Shown: positions 1 to 14,837 of the stretch, piece after piece
Numbering within the stretch: the first letter of the stretch is position 1
Layout: each line of letters opens with the position of its first letter
Source: Balanoglossus misakiensis
Taxonomy: Eukaryota > Animalia > Hemichordata
Direction of reading: 5' to 3'
Length of the DNA: 64,000 nt
Assembly (NCBI GenBank): GCA_040954595.2
Contig: CM082586.2
Location: forward strand, 4,409,125 to 4,473,124
Position numbers and translations under genes: made by a program
Notes under the pieces: model-generated
Seen by the model: only the letters and a program-made list of their open reading frames with translations
What the model was told of the DNA's origin: nothing
Databases searched by the model: none

Positions 1-2
1 AC

Positions 3-87
3 CCCTTTCACCCCCAGTTCTATCTTCAGAGGTCCAACCTTACCATAGAAAGCAATGGGTTTGGACTGAACCATGGCGGTGAAAGGG
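3..87. mobile_element. Short piggyBac-like MITE (CCCTTTCA...TGAAAGGG|TTAA), copy 1, in a DLAT intron
   Basis: Terminal inverted repeat CCCTTTCACC / GGTGAAAGGG followed by TTAA at 88-91. The reverse complement aligns by eye with the 18542-18622 element. The left target site lies at or beyond the window edge. Confidence 0.6.
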
Positions 88-241
88 TTAAATATTAAAG
101 GGTCTTCATTGATACTTTTATAGCGTATTATCTTTTAGTGTCACAAGTATATGACTCATATTCATAATCGTGTTGTCTTCTGCAAGATGAGGCAAGAATT
201 GTAACATTATTTCGTTTTGAATTCATCGACCGGATCAACAG

Positions 242-2222
242 CTGGTGCAAGGGTCTGGCCCGGGAGGAAGGATCGTCGCCCACGACGTCGAGAACTTCCA
301 ACCACCGATTGCGGAAGCCCTGCCCACGGCACTACCAGTTGGCATCGGCACTGCGGCCGCCACTCCACCCCCACCACCAGCCACAACCGCATTTTCCGAT
401 TTGGAACTCAGTAACATCAGAAAGGTGAGCTGGGATTGGTCAGGGAAGCTAGTCACCTGACTAGTCTGTGGCAATGAACGTATGTGGTTCTTGTGGGATA
501 GTTGACTTATATTAACCTATTATTCCCAATGTGTATGTTATCATATATCTGTATTATAATATTTCTTGTGAAAATCTGTCAGCTGTGTATCACTAATGCG
601 CATTTTGTGTCCCTTTACTCCTAGGTGATCGCAGGCAGATTGACGCATTCTAAACAGACAGTGCCTCACTATTATCTCACTGTGGACATCAGAATGGACG
701 AAGTGCTAGAGTGAGTTTTAAATCAAATTATCAAGATGCAGGATTAAGTTTGACCTGTGGTAACTGTGTAACTAGAATAAGAGAGAAAGTTTCTTCCATA
801 CTCCATCAAAGTCACTTAATTTAATCTGTACCTGTAGTGAAGTGTATGTTGATTTGTTGCTCATAAAAAGCATTGTATATATGTTTGTTTCAGACTTAGG
901 AAAGAATTGAATGAAACGGTGAAGGAAGACGGTGTGAAGCTCTCTGTAAATGACTTTGTGGTCAAGGCAGCGGCACTCGCTTGTCTGAAAGTACCAGCGG
1001 TGAACTCGTCGTGGCAAGATACGTACATCAGAGAGTAAGTTTTTATGTTTCTTGCGTGTTTGTGTATTTGGAATATTGCCTACATTTCGTGTGTGTGTGA
1101 GTTAGGAGCAATCAGGTAGCAATCCTTTTCACACATATTGTACGGTGATCTGGTTTGAATTTCAGATATCACACAGTTGATGTCAGTGTGGCCGTCAGTA
1201 CAGACACTGGGCTTATAACACCAATCGTCTTCAACGCACATTCAAAGGTAAGCTTCTTGGTCTGTGAAGGCATACCATATATTTTTATTTGTAACTTTAG
1301 GAGTACCTTGCAAGAGCAGTTCAAAGTTTACCACAGAAGGTTCAACAAATGCATTCTTCTGGAGATTTGCTTGACAAAAACGCTCTGTCTCATTATTTCC
1401 TTTCAGGGCGTGGCTACCATCAGTCAAGAGACCAAAGCATTGGCAGAGAGAGCTAGGGAAGGAAAACTACAACCTCAAGAATTCCAAGTAATTATGATTT
1501 ATTACTTACGTACTTACTGACTTAATTATGTATTTACTTAATACTCAATACTTCCCTGACAGGGCATGGCTTGCCATGTTGCATAGAACCCAAATGAATA
1601 ATTCTTGTGGAAAACCCAGTGCTTAATCTCCTGATGTTTGACATCTTGCCATTGCAGGGTGGTACCTTTACAATCTCCAACCTTGGCATGTTCGGCATTA
1701 AGCACTTCACGGCGATTATCAACCCCCCTCAAGCCTGTATATTAGCTGTAGGCGCATCGCAGAGGACGCTCGTTGTGGACGAGGACAGCGAACAAGGGTG
1801 AGTGTGTTAATATCTCTGGAGATCTAGCCAATCCCTGATTTTCACTGGAGGGCCAACAGATAATCAGACAATTCATGCAACAGTATACACATATTGACTG
1901 GTCATGAAACAGACTATACTGTTACATTACCCTCATGACCAGTCAATATATGTATACTGTTGATATATGTTGCACTCTCGTTTTATCAAAAATAGTCAGC
2001 TCCCATGGGCTTAACAAACATTCAGGCTTATATCTGGGTGAATACAATGGCGAATTAGGAGAAGTTTGAATTTCTTTTTTATCTTCTTTCAGATTCAGTG
2101 CAGCTAACGTTATGAACGTAACACTGAGCTGCGACCACAGAGTAGTGGATGGAGCCGTCGGCGCCCAGTGGTTGCAACATTTCAAGAAGTTCCTGGAAAA
2201 ACCCAACACAATGCTTCTTTAG
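242..2222 (+). CDS. DLAT: Dihydrolipoamide acetyltransferase (pyruvate dehydrogenase E2), last 7 coding exons; 5' part lies outside the window
   Basis: GT-AG exons at 242-424, 625-710, 894-1034, 1166-1247, 1407-1487, 1658-1797 and 2093-2222 join in frame. Motifs: GSGPGGRI (subunit-binding domain), [31 protein letters not shown] and catalytic [11 protein letters not shown]. Stop TAG at 2220-2222. Confidence 0.96.
1878..1962. repeat. Inverted repeat/hairpin (30-bp arms, 1 mismatch, 25-nt loop) in the last DLAT intron
   Basis: CAACAGTATACACATATTGACTGGTCATGA (1878-1907) pairs with TCATGACCAGTCAATATATGTATACTGTTG (1933-1962). Confidence 0.85.
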
Positions 2223-3121
2223 AAGTAGCAATCTTCTGTAAATACTTTTATCATGGCTTGTGTATTGTAAAATCTGAAATGACCTGAATAGCTTGTTTAT
2301 TCAGACCTAGGAAACATATAGTGTTTTTGGTTTGTATGTGTATGTTTCATTATGTCAGTTTTTTTATTTGACTGAAATGGAAAGAATAGTTGTGTCCTAT
2401 TCCCTGGTGTTTTCTAGCTTGATCAATTTTTTTTTTTACAAATACACGCTGTGTTTGGAAATCAAGAAAAATGGCTGACTACCGCGGAGCAAAACGCCAG
2501 TTGTATTTATGATCGTAGGGTAATTGTCAGGATTTCTTGCAATTTGTAGAAAAGAGAGCTTCCTCTGTATTCAGGTCATGGCTGAAATCAGTTCAGATTG
2601 GTTGTTGGGCTCTAAAATTTTAATTCAAACTCAACATCCACACAGGCTATGCACTGATAAATATCAATAAAAGACGAGGTGAAAATACCTGAAAAAGGGG
2701 ACGTTTTATGACAACTGCGACATGAAAACTGAAATATGGATGGAAAATGTCACAGCCATGAATGAGATTTCAACACAGCAATTTCAGCTTAGCCCTTTGC
2801 ACCAGTTTGGGGGCCACTTGTGGGAGTGAAACCGTACATAGAATTTAATGTTAGATTATGTAAATTGTAGAGGAGATCACCAAATTTTATGCTCGGTAAT
2901 GAAATTTTTGAATGATTCACTTGTCAGTAATAAAATTGTTACAAATACTGAACATTGTTCGTCTGATGTAGTCCTGTGTAATTAGTCAGATGCAACGGGT
3001 GCGAGATCAAACAAACGTGGATTAATAGTGTACTATAACCCTGTAAGTTTACTGTATTACATGGAAGAAGTATTGAGGGCCATCTCAGCTTAGTCAACTG
3101 TTCTCAACCCTAATTCATTTA

Positions 3122-5901
3122 TCAGGGGGTGGACATCTTTTCCTTCCCTTTCGTCTGACGAGTCTATCGACCACAGGCAGCAGAAATGCAATGGCGGCAG
3201 AACACATCATGGCGCCCCCTGCCAGCCAAAATGCTCCTTCATAAGTACCCTCGTTATCACGCATCCAGCCTAGGAATAAAACAGGATGCATTTTATCAGC
3301 ACTCCCGGTAGAAAGTTCTACAACACTACAACTATTATGTGACTTCGAATGACCACAAATATTTTACAGAAAATGTATTTCATTGCTATTCTATTTCGAT
3401 TTGATTTTGAAAAGGGATAGTGTGTCGATTCAAAACTGAAGTTGCCAAGTTTATGTATTCATCTTTGACAGAGCCGAGATTCCATAACACACTCCGAGAT
3501 GAAACTTCTGAGTATGGATTTATTGTCAACCGTGCATATGACGCCCTCATATGATTTACCTAGTAGAGGTCCCACCAATAGTCCCACAATGCCATGCACG
3601 TGGATGATGAAGGAAGTGCCGTATCCCAGCTTGGCCTGACCCATGAAGTGCGCCACCACTACAGAGTTGAGTACGGTGTAACCACCGAGACACGCACCAA
3701 ATATCACGACGAAAACAACCTGAGCTGCAAAAATATACGAAACGTGTCTATACATGTCTTTTCACAAACCTGCCCCCCCCCCCCGCCGTAAAAACTGAAC
3801 GGTCCCTTAATTGCTCAGTTGCTAATAAGGAAAATTAACTGCCCTCTATGGATCACAAAAGATTCACAAAATTCAAAACGTTCAGTTGCACGATTGTCTA
3901 GTAGCACCCTCACAGTAAAGAAACTAATAGTTGTCTTGGGGACTTGTTGTCAACGTATTCAAAACTTTTCACGATACACAAAATATTGCTGCAGGAGAAT
4001 TTTTGGAGACACCTTATTGAGGAACCCCTGACCACCCCATAAAGAGTAAATCAAAAGATTCCTTGCATACCTGTAAAACTCGTAGTATAGAAACTAACGG
4101 TCAAGCTGAGAGCACACATCGCTATAGCAACGCCGAAAGGGACGCTTGGGTTTAGCTTTTGAAAATTTCCTATGGCGCCGAATATCGGCCTCCCAACAAG
4201 TTGAGCTATTCCCATTATGGCGGGAATGTAGGCGCTCTGCGTGCTGCCAATGCCAAAGTCTAGTGCTCGCCTCACCTGCAAACACAACATGCATGAAAGT
4301 ATAAGCCTACGTCACTAGCAAAACCATGAGAATCTGATGAAATGCCATTTTTCAGATTGTGCATATGAATTATGATGTTTCTACCACACTTTTTCACTTT
4401 GAGAGTCTAAAATGTCGAGTTAAGTCCCGAGTCCTCATTTTTTCTTTAACTACGTGTGCTATAGTTTATATTTTCTATGATTGAAATATTCCAGGACGAA
4501 CAGTCCTATCGAAGAATAATATCGCGTTTTTTTCCTTCACAATACTGGATATTGCTTCATAAATATAGCGCCTAAACTCATCGTGAATTTGAACTCAAAG
4601 CGAGGCCATTTGGGAAACTCTCTCTGATTGGTCAACTATCCCCATTGGCCTCGCGCGTGGGCGCTAGACCACCATCACGGATGTGACGTCCTGGACCGTA
4701 CTTGGATCTGATTTTCCTCATAAACAATCTATTCTCACTTACAAGATGGATTCCAACAGCAGCCTGACCGAATATCTGTCCCACAGCAATGATCAGCATC
4801 AACAGAAAGACGGGTTCCTTGCACAGTGAAAAGTCGTACAACGTGGTTAACAAGAGTACCAGCATGCTTTTCGACTTCCGTTCTTCTTGGTGGCCGGTTT
4901 TCCCCGTTTCCGAATGTTCAATGTTGTGGTTGTCATATTGACTAGCAGTACAATGCTGTTCATTTGTCGCTACTTTTTCATACTCTTCACGGCTAGATTT
5001 CGCTGCAGCCGAGTGTCCAACATAGGGCTTGGCTTCTAACGGCTTCAAGAGGGCGCCCGCCACACACAGATGTGAGAAAACTGCCGAGGTGATAATCAGT
5101 GTACCACGCAACCCGTACTTGTCCAAGAAAGTTTGGCTTAAAATAGACAAGACGAACTGCCCTGCGCCGGTTCCAGCTAGGGCCAACCCGATCGCGATGG
5201 AAAATCTTTTCTTGAAATACTTTCCCACCATTTCGATGCAAACGACGAAAGAAAAACCGAGACCGGTTCCTGAAAAGAACGAACAAGTTTAATTATGCTA
5301 AATGAAGTTCAATGGTTCGGTACAAAGTACACCTCATTCGGTAACAGCAAAACTCAATGGCACAGTATTAGCACGAGGTATATTATAATAAAGAATATGC
5401 ATTTAAAGCTGCAAGATTCTGTTGAACTGACATTTACCTATAAGCAGCCCAAACGTGACATAAGTCTGCCACAGCTGCGACACAAACGCGGTAGCGAAGA
5501 CACCTGTGGACGCCAGGACGCCACCAAGCATGACCGTTTTACGGTGACCGATCTTTCTGGCCAACACGAGACCATAACTGGACATCAAGACGAAACCAAG
5601 GGTTGACATAGCGCCTGTCAATGCTGTAAGAGTAAAAATTGTGTATACAGTGAAACCTATCAATTACGGACACCCTCGGGAATAGTCTTACTTAATAGCC
5701 TTACTTAAATAAACGTGAAGATTTACCTGTGGCTGCCTTCGATCCGCCATATTTCTCCAAAAATGCGACGAAAAGAATCCCAAAGGAGTAGTAGCTCCCT
5801 GAACACAGAAAACAACTGGTGAACGTTGCTATGACGACAAACCATCCCCAGCCCCCATCGGGCGCGGATTGTGTCTTCGCATGCGCACTTACGCCGGACA
5901 T
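3122..5901 (-). CDS. Monocarboxylate transporter (SLC16/MCT family), paralog A, 6 coding exons
   Basis: ATG at 5901, MCT N-terminal motif PDGGWGW, YFKKRFSIAIGLALAGTGAG, and last exon GWMRDNEGTYEGAFWLAG ending at TGA 3124-3122. Canonical splice sites. Confidence 0.9.
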
Positions 5902-6862
5902 CGAAACGGTGACGGGATCTGTATTATCAAAGGTGTATTTTCGCACGTCGCGTCGAATACTTTGACCACGATGAACAATGGCTGAAAGTACACATGTACA
6001 AAAGTCCAGGCGGTGTGCGACAACAGATTAAATTGGACCTTGGGAATGTAAACAAGTCTGCAGTTAAGTGTTTGTGGTCAAATGCCATAAATTCATATCA
6101 AATCACTAGACTAGTCTTGAAGGACATGACACCACAATTGAGGGAGAGGGAGGAAGAGAGACAGCCAGCTAGACAGACAGACAGACAGATGGTTAAAGAA
6201 TCACGGTCTGCGAATGACATGACAATATTCTAAAACTCCCAGAGAAGAAAATAACAGTCTTATTTTCGCGAGCATCAAGAAGACCAACTATAACACATAT
6301 TCCGCTTACCTCAAATTGTTTGTACGCACCTCCAAATCACGATGTTCGTCGTAAATGACGAAGTTGAACACTAGATTTGATCGCGTGCATCGGTGGATCA
6401 CCTATCCAAACACACTCTCAAAGATAACTAACTTCAATATTTGCTTTTTTGTAGTGTTTTATAAAAGTCTATTTTGTAAATCACCAGCCAGGTAACTTGT
6501 TCCATTAAAATCTAGTGACGTCAAGCAACTGCAACAAGCAACTGCATGACTTTATTAACATAAATTAACATAAAATAATATAGATTTGCATAAAATACTG
6601 TAAAATACAGAATGTAATGCTTTTTCATTACCAAATTTAACGTAGTTTTTAACAAGGTTTTAAACATCGAAGTTTGGCAATGCGTTGATCGGAATGTCTT
6701 GATACAGATAACGAACACCAACATGGCCGCACCAAAAATAAACGCCCTTCTAGCATCATATCAGGTTATTATTCCTTCATAGAATTAATCCCAGTTTCAG
6801 CTTTGTAAATAAAATCATACCAGCACACCAGTTTTAATTCGCGTCCATTCCAACACGAGATG

Positions 6863-9827
6863 CTATCTTTTTCTCCGACTTCGCTTGACCAGTCGGTTTA
6901 CTAATGGCAGTAGTAGAGCAATAACACCCGAACACATCATGGCGGATCCAACCAACCAAAATGCTCCTTCATAATTACCGGAGTCGTCTCGCATCCATCC
7001 TAGAAGTATAATCAATATCGTCGCTGTAAACAGCTGCCGATACTTCTACATTTTCAACTCTTGTCGAGTAGGAGTAGCAACGGAACAAAGATATTAGCCT
7101 CGACAAAGCACACCCTGCTTTTCAGGTAGCTAAGGGGTGATCTGATCAGAGTCAGCTGTAGAGATAGGCTGCGCCTTTACCTCTACTTGATCTCAGTTTT
7201 CCACAGACAGAGACCAAGGCCATCGTGTTTAAACGACACTAGAGTTAACATTTACTGTTAAACTCTGCCTCTGTCCTAGTTTCATACACATCTAGCCTTG
7301 TATCACTTGGGTAGGAACCCGTTGCTACGGCAATTACACAAGTCTCGCGAGATCTCGCAATGCGCGGGAATTAACGGGTGGCAAATCCGGCTTACCTGTT
7401 AACGGTCCCAAGAACAATCCGGATATTCCGTGTATATGAAGGATGAAAGAGACGCCATAACCCAACCTAGGTTTTCCCATGTAGTACGCCACAACCACGG
7501 AGTTCAGCACGGTGTAACCACCAAAGAATACTCCATAAACTATGACGAAGACAATCTGAGCTGAAAAGGAACAGTGATAATTATTCACTTTGTGAACTTA
7601 TGTCAACTTCACTTTCTCATCTAACCCCATAAAACAGGGGGAAACATCCAGTATTCGTGTGACCATCACGATATCTGCAGAGGAGTCCCTCTTATGACGA
7701 ACTCGGGCTCCTAAATAGCGGGAATTAGATTAAGCGTACATGCATACACGCGGCTGTCACCCAGCACATCTTTATGTTACAATTACCTGCGAAACTCGGG
7801 GTGTAGGAACTGACGGTCAGGCTCAAACCGCATATTGCCATACAAACGCCGAACGGAAAACTAGGGTTCAGTTTTCGTATATTGCCGATGGCCCCAAATA
7901 TTGGCCTTCCAACCACCTGAGTCAGACCCATAGCTGCGGGTAAATAGGCACTCTCCATACCACCGATGCCGAAGTCTCGTGCACGTTTGACCTGCAGACG
8001 TTAACGGACAAATGTAAGAAGACCTAACACCTAGCCGACCAGTTTAAAAAAAAGCGTGGTATTAAAATTTGCGAGAAAAGTCAACGAATAAGATGCGTAC
8101 ATTTGTTCTTCTGCCTTCAAGATGGTTGTAACACAATCGAAAAAATTAATGATCCATTAATAATCGGTCTTTACCATTTATTAATTTTGGGCGAGTTTTA
8201 CTCTCATATCATACACGCAGGATGGATGTTGTGTGCTGTTAAACATTCATTCACAACATATACACCTGTACATTAACATATAAAGGGTCACGGTGTAAAT
8301 TAACATATAAAGGGTGTCCCTTTAAACTTACCAGGTGAGTTGAAATAGCTGTTTGCCCACACATTTGTCCGACAGCGATGACCATTATCAAGAGGAAAAC
8401 GGGTTCTTTGCACAGCGAGAAATCATAGAGGGTCGTTAAGAGCAACAGCACGAAGCTCTTCTTTTTCCTATCTTGGTTTATCGGAGCCGGTGAACCCGAT
8501 TGGCCGGACCGCAAAGCCCCGTTTTCAAGATCGGCATTGTCCCGCTCAACGCGAACGACAGACTGCTCTTGCAGTTCAACGTTCAGATTTTCCGACGCTT
8601 CATCATGATGCGCGCCGGCTTCAGTTGCCGTCGATATTTGATAGGCTGCTGACGGGGGTTTACGTTTATTTTCTAGGGGTCTCAAAAGAGCGCCCGCCAC
8701 GCACAGATGAGTGTACAGTGCGGAGAAGATAATTATTGTACCCCGCAAACCGTACTCGTCCAAAAGATACTGAGCTAGCACGGACAAGGCGAACTGGCCC
8801 GCGCCGGTTCCGGCGAGAGCCAACCCGATCGCGATTGAAAACCTTTTTGAGAAATATTTCCCGATCATTTCGATGCAAACAACGAACGGAATCCCAAGCC
8901 CAGATCCTGAAAATAACAAGACGAAATTGGAATAGCTGCATGCAAATTGTATGAAATTGAAGCCACGAAGAGTACATGCACAACACACCGGCTGTATTTA
9001 GTCATTTCATATTATTCAAGCAAAGGCAGAAGATCGCAAGATATATAGCATGAGTCGTTAGGCGAGTAGTGCTTTGTATAATACACACAAAAAGATATAA
9101 CCGCCAGCGGCAAGGGCTGTAAGCATCGAACTGAATCAGATTATTCTGCGGTTCTCGTTCATTTTATTACAGTACATGAGTGCTATCAGAAGTTAAGTTT
9201 ATTTTGGTGATTTGAAACGAAAACCAGGGCTGTTTTAATAACTGTATATAAATTATTAGTTAAATCTTACCAATAATAACACCAAATGTTATGTATAGAT
9301 GCCACACTTGCGTTGCGAACGCTGTAGCAAAGGTACCCACGAATGTTATAACGCCACCAAGCATGACCGTTTTGCGGTGCCCTATCTTTCTGGCCAACAC
9401 AAGACCATAGCTCGTCGTGACGACAAAAAACAGGGAACAAAACGCGCCTACCATAGCTGCCAAGAAAAAGTTGCAAGAGGATTATAACACTCATATAATA
9501 AATTTTGGAGGCACGTATAAAGTGATCTGCTGCTGTAAAATAACGCAAGGGCTATGGGACCTTTATTCACGGAAAATCCCAGTCTTTTTCACTTACATTT
9601 TTGTGAGGTGGTGATGATGATAACAGCAACAACATAAACAACAACAACAGCTTAATACCTGTGAGAGCCTTAGATTGATTGTACTTCTTCAGAAACGCAA
9701 CGAAGAACACCCCAAAGGAATAATAACTTCCGGAACTCAAAAAACAACTCGTGAACGTTGCCAGGACTACAAACCACCCCCAGCCGCCGTCGGGTGGGCG
9801 TGGTGCCTCCCTAGTGACGTCAGACAT
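6863..9827 (-). CDS. Monocarboxylate transporter (SLC16/MCT family), paralog B, tandem duplicate of paralog A
   Basis: ATG at 9827, PPDGGWGW, YFSKRFSIAIGLALAGTGAG, and last exon GWMRDDSGNYEGAFWLVG ending at TAG 6865-6863. Same exon layout as paralog A. Confidence 0.9.
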
Positions 9828-10974
9828 CGGGATGGTAACGTCTCACCTAAGTAGGAATCAAAATCAAATGTATTTAGCAAGTGTGAAACAAATCTCCCGT
9901 TATTTTCGATTGCCGTCATGCTTTCTGTCCGACCAAGTGTTCAGATTTGACCCCCAAAGTGTCGATAATCCAGATTATTCTTAGCGAACATACTTGAGTA
10001 TCTATGCACCGAGGCATACAAAGTACAAAAATACCTGCATTCTTCGACTGATTGTGAGTCACGTTTGGACGGTGTGATCGTTCAAGTACTGAATGCTTGC
10101 ACATACCCGCTACACTGTGGTTTGAATACTCGCATATTTCATTGGACCTTGTACTGGCTCAAGGGTATCAATACCCCTCCCCCCCCCCCCCATAATAATA
10201 AAATGGAGTGTTTTGTCACAGCCAGACAGCTTTGTCAGTCATTGAGGTGATTATAAGTGCACATATGGGCAATTGTCTTGATTTGCTGATAGGCATATTG
10301 TGCAGCTGACTTCTGTTCTTGTAGAAAATAACAAGCGAGATTCCCTCTCCTCCAATGACCTCAGAGTCCATCCAATGACCTCAGAGTCAGGTTCTATTGT
10401 ATAGGTATAAGTTACACACAGCTAGCTGTGATATGGAAGTTCCAATAGAAACTCACTCACCGCACCGATCACAGACCCGTCAGTCGTCAGGGAGTAACGC
10501 CTCATTCAGATCCTTCAAATTCAACGATCTCTACTCTCTGTATATGTAATGTAGGCCTAGCCTGCTGCCGTAACACTGTACCTCCGTTGCTCTCGACCTC
10601 CGTTCACAAGTATTGACCTCACATGACCCGTACGCGTGAATCGCACATGAGACCTTTATTGGCGGCGCTTTGGGCGATACTGTGGTTTCAACAGCTCCGG
10701 TCCAGACTTTACATAGCAGTGACGCCATGGAAGTTACATAATTGTATGTCACAGCGTTTAAAAGTCTTAAAATGTAAGGATAACTTTCGCCTTCGCAGCT
10801 GTGTGTATCTCAAGTTGTTATCTTTTTTGCCGCTTGGGGGCGCTATTCTTGACCTTTAACCTTTTCCAGCGATTGCATGGAAGCCACAGACGATCGCGAT
10901 CTACACTTTGTCAAAGAAAACTCTTCACACACTCTCGAATGAGGAACGATTGATCAGGAGGGGGGAGGGACATC

Positions 10975-13900
10975 ATGAAGAGAGTTTCCAGCGAAGATGT
11001 TTCTACAGTTTTGGTGAATTACCTTAAGAAACGACAGTTTACGGTGAGTATAATGAAGCCATCAAGCATCACTGACAGTCACTGTTGTTGGACTATAGTC
11101 GGAAAGACATTTGTTGTCAATCGCCCTATTTATTATATAAAACCAGTAATTTGTACATAAGGACCGACAGGCGAAAATTGACTTCATGGGGTTTGTGGCC
11201 GTATTTTGGATATGATGAACAGTTGCTCGGATACGAGTGATCCATAGTTGACTTTACAGCCGGCTTATTAGCTGCAGCACCCCACGACATCCACCAAAGG
11301 CCCCCTGTCTGTGATCCAGAAAAAAAGATTGCTGCCCGACTCCTTTGTTTCTTGAGGGACTGTGTTTCAGGGTGACATAACCACACTTTTACTGGTCATT
11401 GAAGTTCGAAGGATGGCACCTTTCATTTTGTGTGTGTGAACAAAATGTATGAAATGTGATCTTTCTGAATGGTGACAATTGTTTGTTTCAGGACAATGAA
11501 CATTCTCTCAAGAAGGAAATAAAACTCTCCAGCTTTGTTGATGACATGGCAGGTCATGTTACCATGGCAATGGAGACATGTGTGACCAACACGGTGTCAT
11601 ATACAACATGGTGAGTTATCGTCTGGTTCTTCATAATTAAAGGGACAAACTTCACAAAGTCTCTTTCTCACTGCCCTTTTGCCATGATACAAGACACCGT
11701 TTATGTTATTCTCTTTGCCAAAAACTTTATGTACATCTCAATATGGATGAAGATAATGTTCAGAGCAAAGTATTCATATTTCCTCTGTGCTATTGTTTTT
11801 CTTTTGCAGTGAACATGACCCTGACCTTTATGATGTCAATTATTCTCGATTTCAAGAATTTGTCGAAGAGGCTGTTAAAGAATACAAGGTAAGATAAACA
11901 TATTTTGTTTGTGTTAATAACCTTACCCGCTACTGAACAAAATAGCCTGACTGAATATTCTGATCACAATTGTGAATTTATCAATCTCTTTATTTAGGAA
12001 AAGGATATGTCCACTAACAAATGGATGTTCAATATTCGGCCGTTTTCATTTTATTTTACAGACAGAGCTAGTTGCACTTTTGTACCCATTGTTTGTTCAT
12101 CTCTACATCGAAATGATTTGTCAAGGTCACAAGGCTGCAGGTGAGATTAAATCTATACCCAAAAAATAAATAATTTACAGTGCATCCAGACACAAGCCAT
12201 AACAACATTGTCCTCACCAGTGTTCACAACTAGGTCAGACATCACTAAAACTTGTCTCTGTAACAAATTCAGTTTTTAACAAGACTAGAATATGTCACCT
12301 CATCTTTCGTTTCTTCACATTTATTTTTACAGGGAATGATTTCTTATACAAGCACCAAAGTCAGTTCCTGGACGAAACAGAGCAGAAGGAGCTGATAGAC
12401 AACCTGTGTGGTGTTATAGAAATCAATGATATACTGTGCAAACCAGTTGTCAAAAACTTCAGGTAAACAATGTCATGCAGAAATTTGTAGACTAAAGTAA
12501 TATGTGGACTGAATGTAACAGTGAAGGTAACATCTGTAATATGTGCATATTGACATCATGTTACCAACATCCATGATGTATATACCAAGCCATCATTTCT
12601 TGCCAAATATTGTAGTGCCATATCATGTCTTCTCTTTTCGTTACAGGGAAAGCAAATACACAATCAATATATCAGAACCAACACTGCAGTATTTATTGAG
12701 ATTTTTACAAAGCGATAATAACACGCTCTTGTTGAAAATTTTCAATACTTACATCAAAATGGAAGGTAAGAGCAAGATATGTCATCAAATGTTCAAGTTT
12801 TGTTCATTCCTTTTCACCCAATTTGCTATCAGAATCTGTACCTTGCCAACGTGTGACTAACAGGAAGTCTTTATTTCTATGCGTTAAGTTCACGGACTTC
12901 AAAACGGGGAGTTTGACCTCCAGGAGGACGGCAACAGAGACAGCTCTGTATCCATGGAAACAGAAGCAGCCAAGAAGAAGTCGTCGAGTTCAGTGACGTT
13001 GAGGTCCTTGAAGGAGTGCATCCACAAAGTACGAGAGGGACCACCGTCGCTGTCGTCTATATTGTTTTATAGTATAGTCAATGCATACCAAGGGTGAGTC
13101 AGAACCACCACGGTTGTATTTCGGAATTTTCTGCGTGGGCGTAGAACTGTACATGTACTGGAAGATAAACTCAGGGACTGTCATGCAAAGCCTTCTTGCT
13201 GTATACATCACTTGGTTTTGTTTGTATTTTTTAGATTGAACTGTGTTAACATATCACAAGATCAAAAACTGTTGTGCGGTGGTTTTGACAACTCCATGCT
13301 GAAACTGTGGAGTCTGACACCAAACAAGTTGCAGTCGGCGGAACGTGAGGTTGACATCTCTAAGATCCGTGTGGCTGGAGATTTCATCACGGACGATTAC
13401 CAAGGCGAAAGGTAAGCGTATTGGGTTCTGATCATGCGAAGTTCAACAGTCTGACCACCTAGCTTCTGCATCGTGAGAAGCTAAACAATCTGACCACCTA
13501 GCTTTGTCATAAAAATCAAGTTCAGTTACTATAGTCTTGCTGACTCTGCGTCAATAGCTCGGCCGGGAGGATATGCACAGAATTGAAGCAATGGTGTATT
13601 CAAGATGGTCGCTTACGAACCTTGTTTGTGACACTAGCAGCTTTTCAACGTGAATACACATATCGATTCTGTGCAATTAAGCAGTAGATTTATTTTTTGC
13701 AGATTTGGAAGTGAAAAAAAAATCCTGAGAGGCCACTGCGGTCCAGTTTATGGAAGTTGTTTCACCAATGATTCTACTTATCTACTGTCATGTTCTGAAG
13801 ACACAACAGGTAAGTTCTACAGTCTACATGTGCATTAGGTACAGTATTATGTTAGGCGACATGATGAGCTGGCTTGTCTATCACTATGGAACATAATACA

Positions 13901-14806
13901 GAAATTTCAAGTGAAAATTATTTGTCAAGCTGTTAAAGATGTACAGTCACCAACTTTTGACATTGACTGTAAAAGTTATTTATGAAATTTACCACTTCAA
14001 AAGCCATTGAGTGCCTTTTTACAAAACGGCACATTCTATTTGTATTTGCAGTGAGGTTATGGAGTCTGAATACGTACTCGAGTTGTGTCGTGTACCGAGG
14101 ACACAATCGGCCTGTTTGGGACATCGACATGAGCGCTGTGGGCGACTACTTTGTCACCGGTTGTCAAGACCACACTGCCAGGTTGTGGCTCATTAATAGA
14201 AATTACCCACTTAGGGTGTTTGCGGGTCACATGGCAGATGTAGATGTAAGTAGCTGATCTCTAAAGTCTCAAGAGCCGATTTTAGTGTGTTGAAAAATTG
14301 TACTTCAATTGTGTTTTCTTGAAATGTGGGGCTGAATAAAGTGATGTGGCACCCATTTATTACTCAACTCGGTCACCGTTTGTGTTTTTCAGTGCGTTCG
14401 TTTCCATCCCAACAGTAACTACATAGCAACGGGATCCACAGACCGAACTGTTAGACTGTGGAGTGTCCAGGATGGGAAACCTGTCCGGTTATTCACAGGT
14501 CATAAGGTGAGGGTGACCATCAAGGAATGGTTTGAGTGTCGCATTGTCACTGAATTACATAGGTATTTTACTGGGATTCTAGTTTGCTTCCATTATTCAC
14601 TCGAGGAAAGTCTTAAAATAATTTTGTCATCCATGATCTTTTTCTTGCAGGGAAGTGTGTCCTGTCTTGCATTTTCACCCAATGGAAAGTGTCTTGCATC
14701 TTCAGGTAGGATTGAAATCTAGATGTTTTGTTTTGGTTTGATTTCATTTGGTTTGATTGTGTTGTGTTGTGTTGTCTTGTCTTGTCTTGTCTTGTCTTTT
14801 CTTGTC

Positions 14807-14837
<31 letters not shown>

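Noticed and set aside
3770-3810. Possible transposon end (poly-C...AAAAACTGAACGGTCCCTTA)
   Set aside because: No matching opposite end or second copy was found in the window.
12886-12888. AAG acceptor in a TAF5L intron as a possible defect
   Set aside because: AAG acceptors are uncommon but canonical, and the frame and TAF5L motifs continue correctly.
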